Positions 11,201 to 21,800 of a DNA stretch of 64,000 bases are shown in pieces (position 1 is the stretch's first letter; each line of letters opens with the position of its first letter). Source of the stretch: Podarcis cretensis (Eukaryota); NCBI GenBank assembly GCA_951804945.1, contig OX638153.1, positions 95,604,001-95,668,000 on the forward strand, written 5' to 3'. The notes under the pieces were generated by a model, which saw nothing but the letters and a program-made list of their open reading frames with translations, searched no databases and was not told where the DNA came from. The position numbers and the translations under genes are program-made.

Positions 11201-14200
11201 GCTTCCTGTGGTCCATCTAAAACGGCCTTTGCCAGCCTGAGCCCCTCCAGATGTTTTGGACTACAACTCCCATCAGCCATCTTGCTGTAGTCCTGACTGT
11301 TCAGTGTAAACTGTAAACCTTGTGGGCAAGCAGGACAGACTCTTGCTCTCTGTGAAAGTCTGCTGCTACTGTAGTTCTTAGCAATTTCAGATGGCAAAAG
11401 CAAGGTGCATGGGAACTGGAATGGGCCTTGTATTAACCGCAGGGATCAGTGGCACCTTTTATCTCTCTCCTCCAGCCTGGCAGTGTCTGTGAAGATGAAT
11501 ATCCTGCTCTTTGCACCGGGTCTCCTCTTCCTCCTCCTGCAGCGCTTTGGCCTGCTAGGAGCCATTCCCAAGCTCGCTATCTGTGCGGCCCTGCAGGTAA
11601 GGAATGGGAAGATTTGCCATGTCCAGATTCAACCCCTGGTATCTCCAGCCAAAAGGAATGGTAGGCCTAGGAAAGGCCACACGGCATGACAGAACAGACA
11701 ACACTTAGTCTACAGTGCCTGGTATTCCCAGGGGGTCTCCCATCCAAATAGTAACGAGGCCTGACCCTGCTTAGCTTTTAGGAGATCAGGCATGTTGAGG
11801 GTGGTATGACCATAGGCCAATACTTGTCTGATTCAGTTACTACCTAGTGACAGCAGAGCCAGGTCAAGGTGAAACACTTTGAAAATATGCACAGCTGTGA
11901 TCCTGTCTGTTGGATCATCAGGTTTTAGTTTTTAAAAAGTTTCCAGCTCTCGTTGTTTCTGCAAATAAGCAGGCAGAAACAAAGAATGTATGGATGAGGC
12001 TTCCAGTGATCATGGTGAGACTTCTGTCCAAATATATATATTTCCATATCACCCTGCTCCATCTCTAGCATTTTCTGGCCCATCCTCTCCTTGTCCTTGT
12101 ATTTGTGAATTTGTTTTGTGTGGTTGCACATCATTCCATGAGTTCAGTGCATGTGAGCGGTTACACAATACTCAGTGCATAACACTCAATTGCACAAAGC
12201 AAATAGTGGGTGTTTCCCCTGGTGTTTTATTTCTTAAATGGAAGGGAGAAATACAATTTATGAAGGATGCAGACAAGTAAGTTTCCCCTCAAGCAAACAT
12301 TAGAGAAGGCAGTTAATGTTGGCCAAGCTCGCAGATAGCTTTTTTGGCAAGGGAAACCTCATCGCTAGGTGCACATGAGGTTCAATTACTGTCTAGCAGC
12401 CATTAAGAGGAGGCTGCCCAAAATAAATGCAGCAGGTCTTTTGGAACTGATGCCGGGAAAGAAGCTGAACTGCAGCAAGAGGACCCCATAGATAAAGGAA
12501 GAAGGGAAGCAGAGATGGGAGGGATGGGCCAAGCAGTATTTTCACACCTGCATGACTTCCTCACAGCTACATTGCATCATGAGTTTTGTAGGTTTAAAGC
12601 AGCAGAAGTAGTAGCTTGTGTACCTGATGCTCCAGCATTTTGCTAAAAATAATAAAGCACTTCCTGGATGAATGTGCAGCAGAGCCTATGAAGTAACACG
12701 ACATGTCTCTAATTTTGGAACACAGAGTTGTATTAGCAGAACCCGAACCTGATTTCTGGCTTAGGTGGTAATATCAATCAGCAGTGACACTGGCTCATCT
12801 GCTGCAGCTGCAACCAAACATGTCTTTCCCATTTTACTTCACCCCCTCAGACGCACACTTTCATTGTCTTCCAAGAGAGACAGATACCTACAAGTGAAGC
12901 TGGCAGACTGAAGAATTGCAGTGAACTTAGCTTCCATAATTTGCTGCACTTGGAATGCCAAAAAGTTGCATTCATGTTCTTTGTGGGAGAATTTTAAGGC
13001 ACAGTTGTTTCTTGCAGGTTGTTTTGGGGTTGCCCTTCCTGGTGGTGAACCCTGTTGGGTACGTGTCCCGTTCCTTTGATCTGGGCCGACAGTTCCTCTT
13101 CAAGTGGACAGTAAACTGGCGATTCTTGCCAGAAGAGGTTTTCCAGCACCGGACATTCCACCTGGCATTGCTGGCCGCCCATTTAGCTGCCCTGGGGCTC
13201 TTTGCACTGAAGAGGTGGCACAGGTGAGAAGGTGGCATTATCACCGTGCTCAGGGGGCAAGTACGTGTGAAACTCAAATCTGGGAGAATCAGGCTCACAA
13301 TTTATGGGCTCTCAGAGAGAAAGAGATTTTGTTGTTGTTATAGCTTGTCAAAGAGCGAGCTTCTAATTCTCCAGCACTGGCCTGATACAAAGCAAGAGAG
13401 AAAATGGGACTTTGGGGGCACATACACAACCCACACTAAATCAGCCTTTGCAGGATTCTGCTTCAGTTCAGTGCAAGGGTGCAGAAACCACTTGCACTGA
13501 AAGTCAGTATCATGTGGTGCACAGAATGTGAAAGCTGGGGCAAGTTCTGGGTTCAAATCCCTACTCACCCATTTGAAGCTTAGTCTTAAGAACAGCCCCA
13601 CCTGATCTCAGCAGAGGTCCACATGTCCTAGGATCCTGTTTCCAAGGGGTTGAGCAGATGCTTGCAGGCATCTTATATATAGGGTGTGGAAAGCAGCAGC
13701 TGTTGTCTGTTTTTTGCCCCAGCACCTAGTTTTAAGAGAGAAACTGCCTAATTGGAGATCTGCTCTGTCACTCTCAGCCTAACCTGCCTCATGGATTAAG
13801 AAGAGATTATGCTAAACTGCCCTGAATAAGAGTTTACACTTCCAGCAGGAAGGGTTCCACTTTCTCATGGATTGCAACATATGCTTCTCTAACCCCTACC
13901 CTGCCCCCGAACTTCAGGTGTGATGAAAGCATCCTGTCACTGCTGAAGGATCCAGCTGAGAGGAAGAACCCTCCGCAGCCCCTCTCAGCCAATCATATCC
14001 TTTTGCCAGAGTGGTGGGGATGGTTTGCCACATGGTAAATGGTTTGTGTGATGGTACAAAAACGGCCCTTTTCTGTGGTGGGCCCCCACTTGTGGAATGC
14101 TCTCCCTGGCGAAGCTTCCTTGGCACCGAAGTTACTTATCTTTAGGCCCCAGGTAAAAACTTCCCTCTTCTCCTAGGCCTTTGGATAATTAAACAATTAA

Positions 14201-17185
14201 CTGCAGGGTGGTGGTGGTATACTTTTCATTATGGTATGTATGTTTGTGTTTTTAATATTGTAAATTGCTCCGTGATCCTCCAATGGAGGGTGGTATAAAA
14301 GTTTAATGAATAGTAATTTATAAAAGGGTGGGACGCGGGTGGCGCTGTGGTCTAAACCACTGAGCCTAGGGCTTGCTGATCGGAAGGTCAGCGGTTCGAA
14401 TGCCTGTGATGGGGTGAGCTCCCATTTTTCAGTCCCAGCTCCTGCCAACCTAGCAGTTCAAAAACACATCAAAGTGTAAGTAGATAAATGGGTATCGCTC
14501 CAGCGGGAAGGTAAATGGCATTTCTGTGTGCTGCTCTGGTTTTGCCAGAAGCGGCTTAGTCATGCTGGCCACATGACCTGGAAAAACTGTCCACGGACAA
14601 ACATCGGCTCCCTCGGCCAGTAAAGCAAGATGAGCGCCGCAACCCCAGAGTTGTTTGGAACTGGACTTAATTGTCAGGGGTCCTTTACCTTTACCTTTAA
14701 TTTATAAAAGGGCATGGAAAGAGGCAAGCTTCCACACTCTTGATGCTCCTCCATTCCAGAGCTGCAGTGGATTTCAACTTTCAACTTTGCGCATTGCAAC
14801 CTTCCCTTAACCAAAGGCCACAGGTAGTCTTTGCTCTCTTCACTTCCAACTTCATCGGCGTTTGCTTCAGCCGCTCCTTGCACTACCAGTTCTACGTCTG
14901 GTATTTCCACACTCTGCCCTACTTGCTCTGGTGCACGCCTCCCAAGAAGCTTGCTCATCTGCTAAAGTGCGTACTGGCAGGGGGCGGGGAAGGGAGACGA
15001 GTCAAGGGGACGCAGGGTCATGCCATCCATGTGCCTATTTTCTCTGTGCAGTCAGATCCATGTAGTGTGTAGGAACTGCATTGCAGTTTTACAGAATTTA
15101 CAGCATACATGCCTGTGATTCCAGCACGTGCTCACTTGGTCATGATTACAGAACTTTGGGTTGCACCCAGAACTCACATTTCACTCAGAGGGAGGGGACA
15201 TTTGAATGCAACCATTTATTTATTGGGGTATTTGTAGGGTCACCTTTTCTCCCCCAAAGCAGTTAGATGACGAATCTTTGAAACAAAGGCCATATCTGCA
15301 CCATACATTTGAAGCACTCTTGTACCACTTCAAATGTATGTTGTGGATGTGGCTGAAGTGAGGACCACAAAGAGAACATCAAAACCAGTGAGGGGGGGCG
15401 GGGCTAGTGGGAGTTAAGAAATGTCTGTAAAATTACATTTCAAATAATTTGCACATGTTAGACACACACACAAAAAACTGGATGAAGAGGGGAGATGTCA
15501 CGGGTTTCTGGAATAAGGACATTTTAAAAAATAGCTCAGCTTGCTGCAGAATTTTGATGGATTAGGGGTGAAGCAGGGAGTTCAGCTTTCCACCTCCACT
15601 TATGAAAACCTTGATGCAGGTGCCACTGTAACATAATTCATGTAGGATTCTAATCAAAACTTTTTATAAAAAGGCCCGTATATTTAGGGGAGGTTCAGAA
15701 CTCTTTATTGGCACATCTGTTTGGTTTAAGAATGTATAAACAGTTTCCTAATCAATGTTTTCCAAAGCAGAATGCAGAATATGTACACAAATCCGAAAAC
15801 AAACTTTGAAATCATTGAATTATCCAAACTCGGTATACATTATAAAATGGCCAAGTCACACTTCAGAGAAGGCTGTCTTAAAAAGAAAGTTTTCAATAGC
15901 TACCTATATTTCAGTTGGATGCCGGTTCCAGAAGGCTGGAGCTGCAGCATTAAAGGCCTGGTATATTTAATGATATCAGGTGTACTTCTGGGGCATACAG
16001 AACTCTTAATGATGCCCTGTAAGAATAATGCAATTGCCAGAGAGGAGCATGTGGGGCAAGGCTTAAGTTTCTCAAATGTCCTAGCCCTAACTTGTATCAC
16101 TTTAAATGCTAGAAGCAAAACTTTTAACTGAGCCACATAACGTATTGGCAGCCAAGTGCAGTTTCTTAGCAGAGGTGTTATATACTGTTGGTGGGATGCC
16201 CCAGCCAACAGCCTAGCTGCATTATTGTAACCTAGCTGCAGTTTCTGGATTGCTCAAGAGAAGCCCCACATAGAGTGCACCGCAGTAATCCTGTCTTGAG
16301 AGTTCCTGATGCCTGGATCACAATAGTCATAGCTGTCTCGCCAGATGAAGCTGATAAAAGGTGCTGTTAGTCACTGAGGTTACCTGGGACTCCAGTGACA
16401 TACATGGATCTAGGAGTACCTTTGCTGAAGCAGAACTGAGGGCAGGGTGGGGGGTGGCAAAGAAGCAAGTGCTAAGTTCAAGATCCTGGTTCTGGTGTAG
16501 AAAGCCTTTACATCGTGGTACCAGGATACCTGAAATATCATCTCATTTCTTACATACACAATTGATCACTGTGCTCTGCAGATGAGGGCCTCCCACAAAT
16601 AGCCTCTTATCGGGTCTGTTATGCACAATAGCTGAATTGGGCTTTTAGCATTGTGGCACCTACCCTTTGGAATGCCTTCCCCTTGAATATTGGGTAACAT
16701 CTCTGTTGTTGTTTTTATGGCGCCTACTGAAGACCTTCCTCTTTCAACGAGCCTTTTAAGTTGAGCTCTTTCCGAGTCTGCATCTGTGCTGGAATAGTTT
16801 TAAATATGTTTTGTATTGTTTTATCTTGTTCGCTGCCCTGGGCTCCTTTGGGAGGAAAGACGGGATAGAAACGTAATAAACAAACAAACAAACAAACAAA
16901 CAGTTTTTAAGAGTAAAAGTGAGGGAAGGAGAAAAACCCACTCCTCCTGCTATGACAGCCTTTTGTGACTTCTTGAACAATGTCCTATTTGTTTTTTCCT
17001 CTCCCTTCAGGGTGCTCATTCTAGGTTTGATCGAGCTTTCTTGGAACACGTACCCGTCAACAGTTTACAGCTCCGCCGCCCTCCATGTTTGCCATGCCAT
17101 CATCCTTCTGCAGCTGTGGTGTGGGACGGAGCCCTCCATGACCCCCCAGGAAGTAAAGAAACAGCCTTTGAAAAAGGCCGAGTGA
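8098..17185 (+). CDS. ALG3: ALG3 alpha-1,3-mannosyltransferase, complete gene (9 coding exons, 1332 nt, 443 aa)
   Basis: Exons 8098-8296, 9523-9622, 9772-9919, 10905-11065, 11476-11596, 13018-13223, 13918-13994, 14822-14966, 17011-17185 join in frame; motifs [55 protein letters not shown]; C-terminal KKAE (KKxx ER retrieval). Confidence 0.97.
8439..8628 (-). mobile_element. L2 LINE 3' end
   Basis: Near-identical to the 3' end of the L2 at 29534-29740; microsatellite tail. Confidence 0.75.
9523..9622 (+). CDS. ALG3: ALG3 exon 2
   Basis: [34 protein letters not shown]; AG/GT ends. Confidence 0.95.
9772..9919 (+). CDS. ALG3: ALG3 exon 3
   Basis: [14 protein letters not shown]...YSRTSK; AG/GT ends. 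Confidence 0.95.
10905..11065 (+). CDS. ALG3: ALG3 exon 4
   Basis: [28 protein letters not shown]...; AG/GT ends. Confidence 0.95.
11476..11596 (+). CDS. ALG3: ALG3 exon 5
   Basis: [17 protein letters not shown]...CAALQ; AG/GT ends. Confidence 0.95.
11707..11817 (-). pseudogene. 5S rRNA pseudogene (or 5S-derived SINE head)
   Basis: Reverse complement CCTATGGTCATACCACCCTCAAC...AAGCTAAGCAGGGTCAGGCC...TTGGATGGGAGACC...GGGAATACCAGGCACTGTAGACT aligns to vertebrate 5S with CpG decay and a ~10-nt deletion. Confidence 0.85.
13018..13223 (+). CDS. ALG3: ALG3 exon 6
   Basis: VVLGLPFL...[22 protein letters not shown]...; AG/GT ends. Confidence 0.95.
13918..13994 (+). CDS. ALG3: ALG3 exon 7
   Basis: [25 protein letters not shown]; followed by U12 donor ATATCCTTT. 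Confidence 0.9.
13995..14821 (+). other. U12-type (minor spliceosome) AT-AC intron, ALG3 intron 7
   Basis: 5' ATATCCTTTT, branch point TTCCCTTAAC at 14802-14811, terminal AC at 14820-14821; splicing restores frame (C+AG = Gln). Confidence 0.92.
14329..14697 (+). mobile_element. Sauria SINE (older copy) inside the U12 intron
   Basis: Head and ACCTTT tail; 15-bp TSD TAATTTATAAAAGGG at 14314 and 14698. Confidence 0.9.
14822..14966 (+). CDS. ALG3: ALG3 exon 8
   Basis: [37 protein letters not shown]...; AC acceptor, GTGCGT donor. Confidence 0.93.
15870..16400 (-). mobile_element. Degenerate L2 fragment
   Basis: Remnant ITPLL...WLPI...LKVLLLAFK. Confidence 0.6.
16575..16901 (+). mobile_element. 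L2 3' end with (AAAC)n tail
   Basis: GGGCTTTTAGCATTGTGGCACCTACCCTTTGGAATGCC...; GCTGCCCTGGGCTCC...GGGATA. Confidence 0.65.
17011..17185 (+). CDS. ALG3: ALG3 exon 9 (terminal)
   Basis: [17 protein letters not shown]...KKAE*. Confidence 0.95.
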
Positions 17186-17406
17186 AAACTGCACAAGAGG
17201 AGCTTCCCACAGTGAGAGCATGAACAAGATGGTCCAGGCATGGATGTTGCTCTGGGTCAGATGCTGATGGACCACTTCCATTCCCTCCGGGGAGGACCTC
17301 TTGCTCAAGTGTAGGCACTGCCTCCTAGCCCAGAGGGGGGGTGGTGGTGTGTGGATGGGAAAGAGTACAATCTGCATACCTGCTGGTGGTAATGTGGAAC
17401 AGCTTA

Positions 17407-17412
17407 AATAAA
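17407..17412 (+). terminator. Probable ALG3 polyadenylation signal
   Basis: AATAAA ~220 nt after the stop, followed by GT/T-rich sequence. Confidence 0.6.
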
Positions 17413-18109
17413 ATTAGCCAGGGCTTGGCGTGAGGCCTCTTGCCTCTGTATTTTGACTTTTGTCTCGTGGCTGCATTTCATTTGCTTTTAAAGCAAGCTT
17501 CTTGGCCTTTTAAATGTGGATAACACTTGAGAACAGGTGGACTTAAGGTTGTATCCAACACCGTCTCATTAGTGCAAGGACTTCCACTTGCACAATGGAA
17601 CTGCCCCTCACTCTGCTTCCCCCATGCACCCACTAAAGCTGTTCTGTAGATTTTTCCCAACTTTCCTGAGCAAATTAGCGGGCAAGGGGTGGGCGGAGAC
17701 AGGAGAGGGAGGGGAAGTTTGGTTCTGCAAGTGGAAATCTGCGCACCAATGGGATGACTTCCTTGGATACAACCCTAGAGTGTTGCTTTTTACTGGGAAT
17801 AAGCTAATTTTCTGCTGTGGTGGAAGGAGAGCCTTTCCCACTCATTTCAGGAGTCAAGGCTGTGCAAAACAGGCTTGCAATACACTCCCTGTGGGGGACA
17901 CCTCTCTTCCCTTTTTTTGGACATAACGGTAATCAGGCCAACCCAATAGATGAGTGTAATCAAGATACTAGCCCTGGCTCTCTATAGCAACTCAAGTGTC
18001 AGTAATTGTGGAGGTATCTGGAAAAAGCATTGCTGGTGTGGACACAGAGTCACCCAAAGACCTGGGCAATGAAAGAACACACTGCTGCTCTAGACTCTGA
18101 TCGCGTCTC

Positions 18110-18115
18110 TTTATT
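18110..18115 (-). terminator. Possible VWA5B2 polyadenylation signal
   Basis: AATAAA on the - strand ~37 nt after the stop codon. Confidence 0.45.
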
Positions 18116-18151
18116 GGCACCCGCAACCAACAGCCTGGTCTGCTCACTACT

Positions 18152-18811
18152 TCACACGTTGTTTGGGTTGTAACACAGCATGTTCAGCTTGATGTTCTCA
18201 TCCCAGTGGCGGAGCAGCAGGAAGAGTTGACGTGCTGCCCCTTTGAGAGCGGCGACATCCACACCTTCTGGCAGCTGCTGTGCCCGCAGCCAGGAATCAG
18301 CCTTGGCTGCCAGCAACTCCCACTCCACAAAGAACCCGGCACAGCGGTGCTCCAGCCAGGCCAAAGCCACAGCTGTGGCCCAGCTCATGCTCTCCAGGTC
18401 CCCTTCCTCTGCATCTGGGCACATCTCCTGCAGGCTGATGCTCACTTCAGAGGCATCCGGCGAATGGTCGCAGGCGTCGGTCTCGGAGCCACGCCCGCTG
18501 TCTGCCTGTGCCCACACGGCAGCACTCAGCACATCTGAGCAGGTGCTGTGTGAGTGTGGCGATCCTGGCTCCACCACTCCCTCCTTGCTCGTTCCAACTA
18601 CTTCACCGCCATCCGGGGAAGGCTGGTTTGCTGTTAGCCTTGGGCTGGCCTTGGCTATGAGTGCCCAAGGGGAGGTGCTGGAGGCAGGGCTGAGGCTGGC
18701 ACGGTGGGAGGCATAGGGAGAGGCCCGGCGCAAGCGGTCCAGTGGGATCTGAAGGACCTCCGAGAAACACTCGGTCAGCTGGAACATGCCGGGGGCCTGC
18801 TGCAGCCGCAC
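18152..18811 (-). CDS. VWA5B2: VWA5B2 coding exon 21 (terminal)
   Basis: VRLQQAPGMFQLTECFSE...WATAVALAWLEHRC...YNPNNV*. Confidence 0.93.
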   Translation of the reverse strand: MRLQQAPGMFQLTECFSEVLQIPLDRLRRASPYASHRASLSPASSTSPWALIAKASPRLTANQPSPDGGEVVGTSKEGVVEPGSPHSHSTCSDVLSAAVWAQADSGRGSETDACDHSPDASEVSISLQEMCPDAEEGDLESMSWATAVALAWLEHRCAGFFVEWELLAAKADSWLRAQQLPEGVDVAALKGAARQLFLLLRHWDENIKLNMLCYNPNNV

Positions 18812-21800
18812 CTGTTACAAGGGAGAAGTTGGATGTGCATTTAAGCCAACCTTCTGAGTCCCTTAACAGTTCAGTGGGAAGTGCTTCTGTGCAAGTTCAA
18901 AGCTGTTTTGCAACTCCCTTTCATTTGAGAAGGCTTGTGCAGCAGAGATTTTTATGGGTTGTGCCAGGGCTAGGGAACCTTTAGCCCTCCAGATACTGCT
19001 GGACTACAACTCCCATCATCCCTGATCATACACACTGCTGGCTGAGGGCGATGGGAATTGTAGTTGGGAACTGCATACTCTTCTGGTTCATTCAGAACAG
19101 TCTTATTTGTTCTATAATAGCAATGATTTTATCTGTTATATAATTGTATATTAAACTGTTGAAACCTGCCCTGGGGCCTTATAGTGAAGGGCAGGGGAGA
19201 AACCTTATAAATATAATTAAAAGTCCAGCAGAAATCACATAAGATGGGCAACCAATGTGGGATAAAATGATGCTGCAGTGATCTAGGCAGTGGAAATGGA
19301 GAGGGGAAGAGAGGCTTACCAGTGGGAGATAGTCCTGAATGGCACTGTCACAAGAGGAGAGTTCACTTTCAGGGGTCAGACACTGGGGACGCAGTGCCAG
19401 GCCTTGACCCCGTCGCCGGCTGATGCTGAATCTGCAGAGACCAAAGTCACCCAGGTGAAATGTCATGTGATGTCACCAGTTTGTTCAATCAGGCTAGGGG
19501 CTCTTATAGTGCAGCCTTCTGTTTCTTACAGTGGCCAAGCAAAGCTGGATGGGCCAAGCAAACCATGAAAACAACCCTGTTCCCCAGCATCTGGTATACT
19601 GCCTCCATTCATAGGGGTAATTCTCAATGGCTCTTAACCCTGATAAGACTGGATCCTGCATGCACTGAGAAAGATGGACTGCAGGCTAGCTTCCTCTAGC
19701 CCATGCCAGGTTAACAAAACTCTCCTTTTAGGTGGGGCCTTCTACCCTCCTGTGTGGGGCTCTATATATAATGGAGGTGCTCAAGCATGTTTATATTAGC
19801 AGGTACGGGGTGGGTTGGAGGGTGTGGTTTTCCTCTCTAGGAAGGATTATTTCACACAAGTGCTTGCAGGCTTTAACAGGCTTCAAAATGTGTTGTAAAA
19901 TCCCAAATGCTGGGTGGAAGACAACAACATTACTCATAGAAAACAGAGCTTCAGCATCTCTGTTGCTCCACAGAGATCTAGTAGTGGAAGCAACTGTGTC
20001 TTCTGTCCTGATCCTTCCCTGCTCTTTCCACCTTATCGAAGACCACAAAATGCTCTGGATTGGGTCTTTCTCAGTTACGTATTTTGTACAGCACCTAGTA
20101 TGTAGATGGTGCTAATATTTTAGACGATAAGGGAGAGTTTCCAGAGCTAACTCAGCTGGGAACTTGTAGAGAATACCTACAGTGAGTTTTCTGTTGATCC
20201 TAAAAAAGATGATAAACTCTTAAGGATTTTGATTGGTGTTGCATGATATTGCGAACACTCTCAGAATGGTTGGTCAAAAGAACGACCTTCCTGCAAAGTA
20301 GCCTGTTGCATCTCTCAGGCTTGGAAGACTCACCTGGAGCCCACAAAGTTCTCCATTGATTTCTGGGAGCCCACAGAGACAGGAGAGGGACTGGAATCGA
20401 CACCTAGACCAGAAAGGAAGCAACTGGTTAGGAGCTGCAAAATAGCAAACAGCGATGGAGACCAGTGGTGCCCATGGGGACTGGTGGGGGTGGAAGGCAC
20501 GGTGACTGAGAGAATGTGGAGCCAGGGCCAATGCCAGGCAAAGCCAGCCAATTCTAGGTTTGTCCAAATCCTCCTCTGACTTTTATAAAGGCAACACTAA
20601 CTCGAAGGAGGAAGTTGACAGCCAGTGCTCTAGACTGTCAGAAGTCAGGCAGGTGGGGACTGGTTGAGGGCAGGCTGAGGTTGGCAGTGCCCCATTTGTT
20701 CTAACAGACCAGCCTTCACTGATTGAGACCACACAGCTTTACTTTCACAGGGCTGGCTATGGTAGCTACAGATTTATTGGCAGGGCTGCATCTTAATGCC
20801 ATTTGCTTAGGATCTCCTAGTTGATGCTACAGTGCCCTGCACAGCAAAACTCTTTATTCTCTCCATATAACAAAAGCAAAATAAGTTACAGAAGGAAAGC
20901 AAAAGTACACAGAGCACAAAACCCAACTTTTAGTGCTGTGGAACTTGATTTTGCCAATGTGGTGCAGTGGTTAGAATGTTGGACTAGGACTTGGGAGATC
21001 AGGGTTCAAGTCCTCAGCCACGAAGCTCGCAGAGTGACCTTGGGCCAGTCACTTTCTCTCAGCCTAACCTACCCCACAGGATTGCTGTGAGGCTGAAATG
21101 GGGAATGGAAAAACTCTGTGTGCTGCCTAGAGCTCCTAGAAGGGAAGGTGGGAGATAAATGTTATAAATAAATAGGGGATGAGTTTGTGGGCTCTTGAAG
21201 ATGATGTATTGATCAAGCCGTTCATCCTTTCTCTCCTGGAGATTAAATTATATCTGGTCTTCTGATTTCTAAGCAGAGCAGTTATATGACAAGGAGTACT
21301 TGTCTTGTATTTGTCCTGATTTGCTCGTGAAGCATTTATATATCTTCCTGTTAGGCCTTAGTTCATCCCACACTTTTCAGTGCATTTCTCCACTTTCCAA
21401 ACTGCATAAAAACTTGCTTTTTAAAAAGTGGATTTGTTGCACTAGGGTGACAGAGCCCTTTAATCCACTTTAATTGCACAAACCTAAGTTTGTGGTGTGT
21501 GCTTGATAGATTTAGGCACCCTAAATCTATTAAAGCACCTGGTTTAATGCAGCCTCTCCAGATCCTTCACACCCTCCAAACTGCTGTAAGACTTACCATC
21601 ATGACAGTTCTGCTTTTCTTGGTTGACAGAAGTGACACTAACAGGAAAAGAAGGAATCTCTTCTCGTTCTAGGAAGTAAAGAAAATTCCTGACATCAGAC
21701 TAACAACTGATAGAACCTGTAGAGAACTGGAGGGAAGTCGGGGGCATTCAATCTATTATTTTGTTAGCTGGCTATTTTATCCATTTATATACTGCTTCAT

